From Eledone cirrhosa (taxonomy: Eukaryota), in contig OZ024742.1 in the NCBI GenBank assembly GCA_964016885.1, forward strand, positions 114,948,001-115,012,000: a stretch of DNA of 64,000 bases, in the 5' to 3' direction. Below, in pieces: positions 11,491 through 25,388 of this stretch (positions are counted from its first letter, which is position 1; the number at the start of each line of letters is the position of its first letter). Below the pieces are notes generated by a model. It ran no database searches. It was not told the origin of the DNA and worked only from the letters and a program-made list of their open reading frames with translations. The translations under genes were made by a program, and so were the position numbers.

Positions 11491-13775
11491 AGTATATATA
11501 TATATATAAATCTTTATTTATTTATTTATTAAAATTACAGATTCAAGTTTAAGCAAAGTATCGCTGCTTTCACCCTAAACGGGATCTTCTGAAACTAAAA
11601 AAGTCAATCTGTGAACGCAGAAGTAAATATTACAAAAAACATTGCAACCGAAGGAAGACAGGAAGACGATACTTTGGTTCGTGGAAACATTCCCTGGCAA
11701 AGAACGGAAAAAAAACGAACATAATACATTATTATTTGGGTTGGTGAAAACAATTACACGCAAAGCCAAAACCACCTAAATGGTATAACTGAAGTTGTAG
11801 ACGAAATTCTATTTAGGAAACCGAATGATTCTCGGCTTCAGAGTTAAGAGTAAAGTAAATTAAATACAGAAGTAATTGAAATTAAATATAAACATACACG
11901 CATCCAAATACGTACAAACACAAGCATACGCGAAAACACTCGCCACGCGTAAATACAAGCACGTACACAAAAAAACACGCACCCACATACAGAACCCACG
12001 CAAAGCCATTACCCGCAACCATACGAACGTATACACTAAATACACATAAATATATATATGAAAAAAACACATTCATACATATATCCGTGTGTGTCCGTGT
12101 ATACATAATTAATTAAACGTATAAAAATATACACACGTAAATACGTATATAACACGCGCACACACACAGACCTACATGTAAATAGACATAAGGTCGTAGA
12201 CTTCGTTAACCAAAACACAGAGTACACATATACACACACACATATACGTACGAACCCGCATACTCACACAGACGCAAAACTCACGTATACATATAACCAA
12301 ATGCACACGTACCAGTATATATAATATATACGCCATAACATATACAAGCAAATATACGTACGAGAAAGTATACGTACCTTCAGAAAACATACAGGTAAGA
12401 TATACTTACCTATAGAAATAAGTAATGGTATAAACATAACATATACTTAGCTACCACATCACGACGTAAAATATCAGCGTATAGTTCGTACTATCCGTTA
12501 GGGTATAATGTGGGGCTCTAATACAGGAAAGTGTTGTACAATTTATGTTTACATGCCGAAATTGCCTCAGATTTATATATATATAATATATATAATAAAC
12601 GGCTTTTCTAACGTGCCATGTCCGTCACAATCAAGAACATTTGAACACTGAAGATTGGTGAATCCTCATACGTCGTCATGCACCGTCAAAGTGCTCATAA
12701 CAAAAAAAGTATATAACAATTGAGGTCTTGGGTCTTCACTGATTGTAGGTTTGTAATTAGACAATACTTTTAAGGTGTGTTGCAAGGTGGGGTTCCAATC
12801 GCACATGTTGTTTGATAGCTCGTATCTAGACATGTGTAAAAATTCCAGCCCTGTTTCGATTTCCCTGATAGAACAAGTGGAGCATACAATTGTAACGGCA
12901 TTTATAGTCTGTTTTAACGATTAGATTTCGTTTACAAGCTCTGTTGAATTTTGCAGGTTAGGGATTTTGAAAGAGCGTGGTTGTACATATAGTCGTTTTT
13001 GAAAAGAATTTAGGTTCATCTGATATATTTTTAGGTAACCGAGGTTGCATTTTTCTCATACTTATGTATTATGCTCCAATGCAAGCATTTCTACTTTAAA
13101 GAGCATGTTTTGGTTTTCTACATTTGCAGATTTTTTGTGTGTGCTATTCATGATTTGTCGTGTTCATCAATATTTTAGTGTCGGTGGTGTTGTGGTCATC
13201 GCGTGAGTTTACTTTGTGTGTTTACTGATATTGCAGCATTTGCATGCGTGCTGTTGCTAGTGGAAATATCAGATGAGTGAATACAATTTCTTGTTATGTG
13301 TAGATTTCATCAATATGTGTTGTTACGGTGTTGCAGAAACAATTATGTGTTGTTACGGTGTTGTTTTGGTATAAGTGATGAGACGTTTAAGATTTTATGT
13401 ATTAATAAAATTCATAGTAATTCAACAGTTTATTCTAAGTGTACGCTGTTTCGACCTGAGTAATTTATGAACGATTTTAACACAGATGTGTTTTATACAT
13501 TGTGCTTTAGTTAAGGTTTTATAATTGATTTCTAAACCATTATCGTCCATAGAGCTATGTCTGCCTATATCCATTTGATAATGTATGTGTGTATTTGTAA
13601 ATGACTTTCTTGAGTTGATATTGCTGTGACGTTCTGATTTCTGGATTACTGGATCAGAAAGTATTCATCCATTGATAAATATAGATGTATATATATTTGG
13701 TCAAAGATGTGTTGTTGTCACCAATTTCGTTGAAAATGTAAATTCCAATTTAGCGGAGAAGTATATTTCAGAAGT

Positions 13776-14218
13776 TGTAATGTTGCCACGAGGAACCAGG
13801 TGTGGTAGACAGATATGATAGGAATATCGAAAACGACTTTTGCTTGGTTTTACATTATTTATTTACAGAAGTTAAGAAGTGAGTTAAGTTGGCATGCCGA
13901 GAGAAATGAAATAATTCAATTAAGATTACAATAAAAAATACGGTCAACTGGCTGAAGGCGTTTAGCCAGCTCCGTAGGAATGTTTTGTCATTACATATTG
14001 TTTGCGCTGGCGGAGCAAAAGAACAAGCGGTGTTTACTTAGCATGGTCAAGCCTGGAAGTCATCTAGCCTGGAAGTGGTGGCCTCCTCAAATCTTTGCGG
14101 GCAATTTCTCCCTCAGAACGCGTAGGGATACATCCTCTTCTACTGGAGCTGATTGGCTGAGCTGAGCCAAATCACGCACAGAGAATGTATGTGATCCCGC
14201 GGAATGTAGGTCACTACA
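13776..14218 (-). mobile_element. Possible solo LTR
   Basis: Termini TGTAATG...CACTACA (TG..CA with a short inverted repeat), 443 bp, AATAAA near the minus-strand 3' end. No TSD or PBS found. Confidence 0.3.
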
Positions 14219-14230
14219 TATATATCATTA

Positions 14231-14733
14231 TCTATAAAAGGGCGGTGAATTGGCAGTATCTGTAGAGGGTCTAACGCCATGCGTTCCAGCATAGTTACGT
14301 CCCTTTACGATCTGAATTCAAATCTGGCCGAGGTTAACTTTGCCTTTCATCCTTACGGGATCGATAAAATAAAGTACCAGTAATGTACTGGTAATTTGCT
14401 GGCCTTGTGCCTAAAATAGAAACAATTATCTATAAAAGGCAGATTGTTGTTGTTGTTATGTGTGTGTGTGCATGTTCCATCTTTATACATTTGCACAATT
14501 TCAAACCGATTCGACTCAACATCTGTAAGAAGATTTTAAATGGTCTAACTTACGTCACCAACTATTTATTTCATTCAATCTCACCCAGAATTACGGAAAT
14601 AATCAATAAATCTAAATACATGACGCTTTACCCCACTAATACAATCAGCCTCCCTCTCTCTACTCCCCGTAAAATTCGATAAAACTACATACATGCTGCA
14701 ACTTTCTTTTACATACGATTAAACTTACAAACG

Positions 14734-14794
<61 letters not shown>

Positions 14795-15465
14795 TTTGTA
14801 TTTGATATACGATTAAACTTACAAACTTCCTTTAGGAACGCCGAAGAGAGAGAGCAGAGATTGAGAGGGAGAGAGAGAGAGAACTTTGTTTTTGAGTGTG
14901 GAACGGTCAAACATTTATTTACTTCAATGACAAAGAGAACTTATTACATTTCATACGAAACAACAATTATTCAAAAGCAACAGATAAATGTATTCAACAA
15001 CAACAAAAATACCGATAAATCTTTTTTAAAACCTCTCAACGAACGTGGAAGAAAGAAGTATCAGTTTATTTACTATACACAATAATATCCTCTATGAGAT
15101 CACTAAACCTGCTAGAAACAGCAGCTAACTCTCCCCCATATCACACCACTCCCTACTGTCTTAAATTTAGAAAACACACATTAGACAACCATGCTGAACA
15201 GCTCCATCGCAGCTCTGTTGTTCGGCTGGCATCGTCTACGCGCAAGTACTGTGAATCAATAAATTTCAACACTTCTTTGCTCAGAGATAATATCCATAGG
15301 CGAAACTACAATTGTCACTGCTGGCGGAGCTCCTGTTTCGGCAGTCCAGGTCTGCAATTCATTCACCAAGTGCCTGGCAGACAAAAAAGTGGTGCCATAA
15401 AATGGGTGGTGCAACCTAACTTTGGTAACTTACTGACCCTGAGCAACGCCGCGCTTTAATGCTAG
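14231..15465 (+). mobile_element. Probable non-autonomous Helitron
   Basis: Starts A|TCTATAAAA and ends GCAACGCCGCG...GCTAG|T (CTAG 15462-15465); AT target with no TSD; internal (GT)/(GA) microsatellites. Confidence 0.55.
14242..14424 (+). mobile_element. SINE with 15-bp TSD
   Basis: TSD attatctataaaagg at 14227-14241 and 14425-14439. Confidence 0.93.
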
Positions 15466-15489
15466 TATGTATATATATATATATATATA

Positions 15490-17223
15490 TATTAGACTTA
15501 TATGCCCCTCTAAATCTGATATAGGCAAAATTAGCAAATATGTACTAGACAGAATTATCCCCCAAGTTAAGATTAAAGTAGAAATTAAACTATGGGGTAA
15601 CACTCATGAAACAATAAGATGGTTTAATAACATTACTGATAAGAAAAAATCAAAATGTATTCAGTTTGATATTGATGAATATTATTCCTCAATTTCACCT
15701 GATACTCTACATGAAGCTCTTTCGTTCGCTAAGGATAATTCCGACCTTACGGATGCTGAAATTAAAATTATTATGGAAGCGAGGAAAAATATAGTTAAAT
15801 TCGATGATAGCTACTGGGTTCGCAAAGATAGACCTTCTAATTTTGATATCACTATGGGTTCTAATGATTCGGCGGAAGTAACAAATCTTGTGGAAATTTA
15901 TATCACCCACAGATTACAAGGAAAATTCAAGGATTTCCACGGTGGAATCTACCGTGACGATGCGCTCCTATTAGTTAAGCATATGAATAACCAGAATTTA
16001 GAAAGGATGCGTAAAAATATCAGAAAGCTTTTTAAGGAACTAGGATTAAATATTACATTTGAATATAAGCTCAAAGAGGTCAATTTCCTTGATGTTACTT
16101 TGAATCTCAATACAGATACGATTAAACCGTTCCATAAAGTTAATGAGAACCTTAAATATGTAAATACGAGTTCTAACCATCCACTCTCTATAATTAAATC
16201 CATCCCTAGAAATGTCTCTCTTAGAATCTCCCGCCTGTCGTCCAACCAACAAACCTTCAAAGAACATGCCGAATATTATGATGATGCACTTAGGAAAGCC
16301 GGTCACCTAGATAATATAGAGTATATAGTCGAAGATCACCAAAACACCCAAAATAAATCCCATAGGAGTAGAAATAGCACAGAATCACCACCATACATAC
16401 ACTACCGCAATAGACACAATAATAGTCGCACACCACCAAACAGAAGCCGATGTAAGGAGTATATTTGGTACAACCCGGTCTATAACAACTCTATTAAAAC
16501 CAATCTACCCTCAAAATTCTTTCGATTAGTTAAAAAACACTTTCCAACATCACATAAATATAATAAAATCTTAAACCCTAACACTATTCGACTTTCATAT
16601 TCAACCGCCCCTAATATTGAACAACATATAAAAAAGCTTAACGCAAAACGGTTGTATAAACGCCTTCCAACACATAACAATACACGTAAAGCATTAGCTA
16701 TAACATCACAAAACAACAAACACCATCCTGTCCTACATAAGCAACCTCATCAACACATCCATGACAATACAACAACGCAAAATTATAATTGCAACTGTGT
16801 CCAACCAGGAATGTGTCCGTTGAACAATCAGTGTCTTGAACGCAACATCGTATACAAATGTACTATCGAATCGGATAGACAGAAGTGGTACTATGTGGGA
16901 TCTACAGCCACCTCCTTCAAATCACGCCTTTATAGACATCGTTACTCGATAAAACATGAAAACCAGCGTTATGTAACAACACTCGCAGACAAGGCTTGGC
17001 AGCTGCGTGAAAATAACCAACAATTTCACCTAAAATGGGATATAATAGCGGCTGCCCCCCCCCCCATTCCCATGGAGAGGAATATTGTAAATTATGTAAT
17101 GTAGAATTATTTTGTATTATGAAATCCAAAAACATTTTATTAAATAACAGAATAGAGCGATCGTTATACTGTAACAATCGCTTAAAATCTACATTTTCAT
17201 ATTATAAATACTACCAGGATTGA
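15490..17223 (+). mobile_element. 5'-truncated PLE ORF: RT + GIY-YIG endonuclease, open for ~520 codons
   Basis: RLICPSKSDIGKISK, QFDIDEYYSSI, FDITMGSNDSAE, YRDDA, IWYNP, CNC..CPL...C, IVYKC..YYVG. A frameshift at the C-run near 17055-17065 continues into CKLC (17035-17223 frame). The annotated Met lies in a TA repeat and is not real. Confidence 0.93.
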
Positions 17224-17705
17224 ACGCCTGTCTCTATCTCCGTTTGATTGTCAAAATAGATATTAACATTCTTTGTTAGTCTTAATTCTATCAACTCTTC
17301 TATTATTTACCTTTTAATATAAACTGCTATAGATAAAATGAGATTTCTGATTTCTTGATTCAATTCCCTAATGCATATACCAGCTGGCTACTAAGATTGA
17401 TGTTATTCAGTAGCAATCGAAATCTCCCCCTTCCCCAATTGACACTTTATAATTAATACTACTACACCAAATGACCAGCCCTGTCCACTGTCCAATTGGT
17501 CAAGTAGAGATTAAAATTGGCACTCCCAAAAATTCATATTTAGATAAAATGAACCATTTACTTATGGTATTCTCATTAGAAACCCATTATATACTTGTTT
17601 AGCAGTAAATTGATTTACCATCTGTCATATACTATCCCCTCCTTTTCTTCCCCTATTACTAATATAAATACTTCAATTTTTCTGATTTTATCCAATTTAT
17701 CCAAA

Positions 17706-17825
17706 AGCTCTGAAGAAGTGACAACTGATTATACATTTGCTATCGAATACTTGCTAACATTATATGATTACGCAAGCAGCGATACATAGGTATTCCGTCT
17801 GTTACAGAAACATATGTCAATACCT
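17706..17825 (+). ncRNA. HHR-like motif in the 3' region of the PLE, stem I poor
   Basis: CTGAAGA(17710)-a-GTGACA...TGTTAC-a-GAAA-CATATG-TC; palindromic stem III; stem I does not pair well. Confidence 0.45.
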
Positions 17826-17871
17826 AATAAATTCCTTTTTAAAAAAAGCACTTTCATTTTATATTCATCCT

Positions 17872-17916
<45 letters not shown>

Positions 17917-18481
17917 GATAAATCTACCAAGAGTTTACGGTAGTGTCCAATCCGTATGAAGAACTCAATGTATTCCGGATATCATGGAAAGAAGAGATGT
18001 AATGAAAAATCACTTTCTTGATCTAAATGTGTGTGGCAGTGTTTATGTGAGTGAATTAATATCCATGTGCTTATGATAATATTATATCCACATATATATA
18101 TGTGTGTGGGGGTGTGTGTGTGTATGTATGTTCGTAATTATGTGTATGTTTATGCATATACGCGCGCGTGTGTGTGAGTGTACGGATATGTGTGAGTATG
18201 AGAATATGTGTATACACTTATTTCATATTTATGTGTCTATACGCATCTTATCTGTGCATTATAAACTTACAGAGACATTAACCTTGAAATTTTGTATTTG
18301 CATGCATCTTTTTGGCATGCGTATGCATGTTGAGCATACATCTTTGTATAAATATGTGTACGGGGTAGTTACATGTATATACACACGCCAAATTGCATAA
18401 AACCTTTTGTATTTTCATTGGTCAATTTTGTTCCTAAACGGACCTGAAATTTTGAATTGTTGTTATTATCAATAAATATAT

Positions 18482-18636
18482 TTCATTATTTCTGAAGACG
18501 GCGTATATGTGTGTTTGGTATGTATATTTAATCTTGATAGTTTGTATAATTTTGTATAATTTTGTACATAGATCTGTTGAATATGCATGCCAATTCTAAC
18601 ACATATATATCCTAGAAACGATCGTTAAATAATGAA
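18482..18636 (+). ncRNA. Type I HHR with long stem II
   Basis: TTCATTATTT-CTGAAGA(18492)...GAAA-CGATCG-TT-AAATAATGAA; perfect 10-bp stem I; palindromic stem III; stem II tatatgtgt.gtt/aacacatata. Confidence 0.75.
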
Positions 18637-18690
18637 CTTTTTTTGTTTAATATAAGGAACTGTTTCATTGTTTTATTCATTATTTGTTTA

Positions 18691-18721
<31 letters not shown>

Positions 18722-18843
18722 GCGAGAGAAACCACAAACCGACCATCTCAATTCTACTTTAGAAAAGCATGAGAATTGTAGAACCGGAGAAGGAACCAAA
18801 TAAATATTCTTAAAAAGACTCCAGTTGTATTTTCGATTTCATT

Positions 18844-18871
<28 letters not shown>

Positions 18872-18875
<4 letters not shown>

Positions 18876-19688
18876 GAAAGACGTAAAATAAGAAAATTAT
18901 AAAAATTAACTTACTTACTAAAATATGACGAAAGGCTTCTCTATGCTTTCCCTGTGGAAACCATGTTTATTCCCTTTCAGAAACTAATTAGTTGGAGTGA
19001 AATTTTAGTAAGTTAATTTTTATAATTTTCTTATTTTACGTCATTAATATAATTGTTCTGCCTCCCTTTGCATTGAACCACAACGTTACTAAGACAAAAC
19101 CTATATATTTTGTAGCATAGGTATGCATCTGTATATATATATATGTTGGTAGATATACTAATTATTTATAATTATCTCCAAATTATTTTGTTGAGCAACA
19201 ATTTGCCATAACTGCTTCTATGGTTCATAGTAATGGTTCGGCTACTGTCTTTTTAACACCCACTCCTCACTGATTAACCTCGATGTCACGTGATTGATTC
19301 TTTTGAATTTGCCACCGACCAAGTAGGCAGTGATTTTTTCAATGTCTTGGAATTTAGTCCACGCTTGATTTTTCCATCAACTGAATTATTTTTGTATAAG
19401 TTCCCTGTGTCCACACTTCGCCTGGTAACTTAGCTGAGAACAGACTTCCTGTTGACGAAAGGCTTCTCTATGCTTGCCATTTGGAACCATGTTTATTCCC
19501 TTTCAGAAACTAATTAGTTGGAGTGAAATTTTAGTAAGTAAGTTAATGTTTATAATTTTCTTATTTTACGTCTTTCATATAATTATTCTGCATCCCCTTG
19601 CATTGAACCACAAAGTTACAAGACAAAACCTATATATTTGCTAGTATACGTATGCATCTGTATATATATGTTGGTAGATATACTAATT

Positions 19689-19690
<2 letters not shown>
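18872..19690 (+). repeat. Direct repeats (about 18924-19165 and 19454-19690) with a short inverted 5' copy; pLTR-like
   Basis: tgacgaaaggcttctctatgc...gttggtagatatactaatt occurs twice; 18872-18922 is the reverse complement of part of the unit; decayed TGACGA..GAAACCATG motif. Confidence 0.7.
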
Positions 19691-19733
<43 letters not shown>

Positions 19734-19787
19734 TAGATAGATAGATAGGTAAATATACACGGGTTTGTATGATTGTGTATAGAATAT

Positions 19788-20142
19788 TATATTAATAAGA
19801 GGAATTCCAACTTTGTCTGATTTACTCATTTTATTTACAATCCTTTAAAATATATAATGGTATTATAATACCATTATATATTTTAAAGGGTGGTGGATTG
19901 GCAGTATCGGTAGAGAGTCGGACGCCATGCTTTCCAGCATAGTTACGTCCCTTTACAATCTGAGTTCAAATCCTGCCGAGGTTGACTTTGCCTTTCATCC
20001 TTACGGGGTCGATAAAATAAAGTACCAGTAATGTACTGGGTTATTGCTGGCCTTGTGCCAAAAGTAGAAACAATTATATATTTTAAAGGATTGTAAATAA
20101 AACGAGTAAATCAGACAAAGTTGAAATTCCTCTTGTTAATAT
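19788..20142. repeat. Fold-back palindrome (MITE-like) interrupted by a SINE
   Basis: gaggaattccaactttgtctgatttactc...ggtattataatacc...gagtaaatcagacaaagttgaaattcctc. Confidence 0.75.
19890..20072 (+). mobile_element. SINE with 17-bp TSD
   Basis: TSD attatatattttaaagg at 19873-19889 and 20073-20089. Confidence 0.93.
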
Positions 20143-20250
20143 ATATATATATGTATATATAACGAAGGAGGTGTGGTAAAGAACCAGATCGACCATAACG
20201 CACCAGAGTACTCAATACTTAGAGTAGTAGAGTGGGTAATAGGAAGATGT

Positions 20251-20336
20251 TTAACCCCGCGCTCAAGCCGTTTTGACAGCTATTTCTGAATTCAGAATAC
20301 CCGTCGAAACGGCTTGAGCTCTGCCGTCAGGGTTAA
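20251..20336. mobile_element. Tiny palindromic element with TTAA-CCC...GGG-TTAA ends (piggyBac-like MITE)
   Basis: TTAA at 20251 and 20333; gctcaagccgttttgac pairs with gtcgaaacggcttgagc; centre tctgaattcaga. Confidence 0.5.
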
Positions 20337-20446
20337 ATATTTTCCAATATATACACTTTTACTCTTTTACCTGTTCCAGCTCTCCGGTGTGTGTGTATAT
20401 TATGTTCCACCCATGCGTGTGTGTGTATGTATGTGTACGTGTGTAC

Positions 20447-20507
<61 letters not shown>

Positions 20508-21014
20508 TAGATAGATATATATACACATGTAAGTATTAATGTGAACGTGTGTGTGTATGTATGTGTTTTGGGCTAGCCTCTTAAACCACTCCCAGCATCT
20601 CAATGTTGGTTGAACAGTTTTCGATTTAGTTTAGTTTGAATCATATTCGTTTGAAATTCTATTTTTTGTTATATTATTTTAACAGGTGAAGATTTAATGA
20701 TTACAACTCAGTATTTCAATTCCCACCACCACTTCTCTTCACAACTGTTGAGATAACGTCTCATGAAAAATTCTAGTATTGCGACAATTTAAAACTACAT
20801 CACCAAGTATGGATATGATGACTAAAATAACTTTTCTTTTTCGAAATTGGACGAGTTCAGGCTGATGTCATCCACTTTCTCCATTATGAAATCACAGCAA
20901 TAAGTATATATTTAATAGGAATAACATTTCCAGCTGATACAGTTATTACCAGATACAGTGCAGGAATACCTGATACAGCGAATATATATAATATATAATT
21001 CTTATTACACATGC

Positions 21015-22820
<1,806 letters not shown>

Positions 22821-22883
22821 GCACTTCGGCTGATTTTTGCTGATTAAGTGCGTTAGGCAAGCGAGATTGCTTGTGAATATGAA

Positions 22884-22951
<68 letters not shown>

Positions 22952-22969
22952 TACTTATATTTTTAGCCA

Positions 22970-24026
22970 TTTTGAAATGAATTCTTGGCGCAATCGTTTT
23001 GGAAAATTTAATGTCTAGATATGAGCGAGCTTCCTGAAGAATCCGGCGCTCGAGTTTATAGAATTATTACATAATTATTGGAAAACTGAAAAGACGGACG
23101 AAACCATGGTAGAGGTATTTAAATGTATTCTAGTTTCTTCTAGTTTATTTTAAACCTAATTCTGCTTAGTTGACTGTATCTAGGCGATTACGCTGTCGAA
23201 ATATTCGATAAATATTCCACTACAGCCGACGCGAAGCGCTAGCTTTGGTTATTTGTCGGAGATTCCTTCATAGAAGCCTCATTCTTATAGCCTGGTCTAT
23301 TCGATTTATTATATAGTTAATTATGCTAATTGGGAGAGGAAATAGCATATATTTTATCTTGTGATTCTATAGACATGTTTTATGATATATAGCTCTGATT
23401 GTTTAATTTATTAATTTTTCATTGAGCCACAAAGTGACCTGTTGCAAAACACGTATATGTATGTGTATGTATATATATATATATGTAAACCTTTATATGA
23501 AATAATCTTCCACAGGTTGAGATAAAAATGTGGCTCTATTGTGCTGTGCTTTCTAGCAAAAATGCCACCAGTCGTAAGCAACTACCACACCCCTTCCAAC
23601 TTGACCGCGACTACGTCACGATTTTTAGGAATTTTGAAAGGAATTCTTGGCGCGATCGTTTTGGAAAATTTAATGTGTAGATATGAGCGAGCTTCCTGAA
23701 GAATCCGGCGCTCGAGTTCATATAATTATTACATAATTATTGGAAAACTCAAAACACGGACGAAACCATGGTAGAGGTATTTAAATGTATTCTATTTTCT
23801 CCTAGTTTATTTTAAACCTAATTCTGCTTAGTTGACTGTATCTAGGCGATTACGCTGTCGAAATATTCGGTAAATATTCCACTACAGCCGACGCGAAGCG
23901 CTAGTTTTGGTTATTTGTCGCCTAATTCTTATAGCCTGGTCTATTCGATTTTTTTAATAGTTAATTATGCTAATTGGGAGAGGAAATAGCATATATTTTA
24001 TCTTGTGGTTCTATAGACATGTTTTA

Positions 24027-24030
<4 letters not shown>
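22970..24030 (+). repeat. Pair of ~420-bp direct repeats 662 bp apart, each with a type I HHR motif (23030-23115, 23692-23777)
   Basis: CTTC-CTGAAGA-a-TCCG...CGGA-c-GAAA-CCATGG-TA-GAGG in both copies. Confidence 0.75.
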
Positions 24031-24116
<86 letters not shown>

Positions 24117-24654
24117 TGGGGATGAGTGGGTGATCCAATGTACGTGTATATATGCATTTAATTTAAGTATAATGAAAACAGAGAGGTAAGCATATGGGTA
24201 AAATGTAGAAGCCGAAAGGACGAAGATGAAAACAGTGGTGTTAATGTTGTTGTAAAGAATGCACCAGCTATACTAGTTGGAGGACCTCCATCGATTTATT
24301 GCTTTTGGGAGTCAGGCAGGGAATTATATTGTCCCCTCCGGCAGATGGTCATCTGGTTACATACTTGTTTCCTTAGATTCTCCAAATCACTGAAATGTCG
24401 ATATTATAAAATTCTGGTTTACCATTTACTAAAATATTTCTTGAATTATCGAAACATTACGGTAACTAATTGCGCAACCGGATTGCCCGTGTGTGCATGC
24501 GTACAGAACATATCTCCCCGGAAGGGGGTATAATATCCCATGCAGTGCAGTGCCTATATTGGGGCAGCCAACATATATATATATGTTAAATATATATATA
24601 TATAAAATATATTATATATGTAATATATACGACCACGTATATATACCTTTACAC

Positions 24655-24742
<88 letters not shown>

Positions 24743-24871
24743 GTAATCTGAGGTTTTCGAATATAAATAATAATATTCGATTCGTTTGCAATTATGCAAA
24801 CAAACCTCATTTCTAAAGCCATGTCAATAGAATGAGCCCGTAATTCTAGCTCTTGTGTTGGCATGTAAGCA

Positions 24872-24921
24872 GAACTGCAGACACTAATGTTTCTGGGTAT
24901 TACCCTTCATCAGTACAGTTC
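24872..24921 (-). ncRNA. Type I hammerhead ribozyme
   Basis: Minus strand GAACTGTA-CTGATGA-a-GGGT aat ACCC-a-GAAA-CATTAGT-GTC-TGCAGTTC; 8-bp stem I with an extension gttggca/tgccaac. Confidence 0.8.
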
Positions 24922-25205
24922 ACTGTTCATTGCCAACTGTCAGAGCTAGTGAAAATATCTGATATTTTCTAGATTATACATCGACTGATCGGCCTAATTT
25001 GCATATTAGCAGAATAGCTGATCAGTCAGATCTGCATATTAGCAGATCCACTGACCAGCCACAGTTGTATATCAGCAGACTTGCCAGTCAGTTTCCTATA
25101 TACGACCGATCATTGGCCTACTTTGCCATGTTCCCTAAACATTTCTTTACGCTCGACATATCTGAATACAATAAATGTAATCTGAGTGTTTCGAATATTA
25201 ATAAT

Positions 25206-25388
25206 TGTTTCTACTTTTGGCACAAGGACAGCAATTACCCAGTGCATTACTGGTACTTTATTTTATCGACCCCTTATGATGAAAGGCAAAGTTAACCTGG
25301 ATGGGATTTGAACTCAAAATGGCAAGGGCCGTAACTCTATGCGTCAAAGCGTTGCGTCCGACCCTCAACCGATACTGTCAATCCACCG
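25206..25388 (-). mobile_element. SINE with ~17-bp TSD
   Basis: TSD tttcgaatattaataat at 25189-25205 and 25389-25405. Confidence 0.92.

Noticed and set aside
11550-11600. CAGAAGA-tCCC..GGGt-GAAA motif (minus; related copy at 21322)
   Set aside because: U4 is replaced and no stem I or III can be formed; at most a remnant
24955-25090. Short similarities to the satellite monomer (ctgat..ttt.ctagatt, tctgcata.t.agc)
   Set aside because: Short, AT-rich and in the opposite orientation relative to the HHR; homology cannot be supported without an alignment
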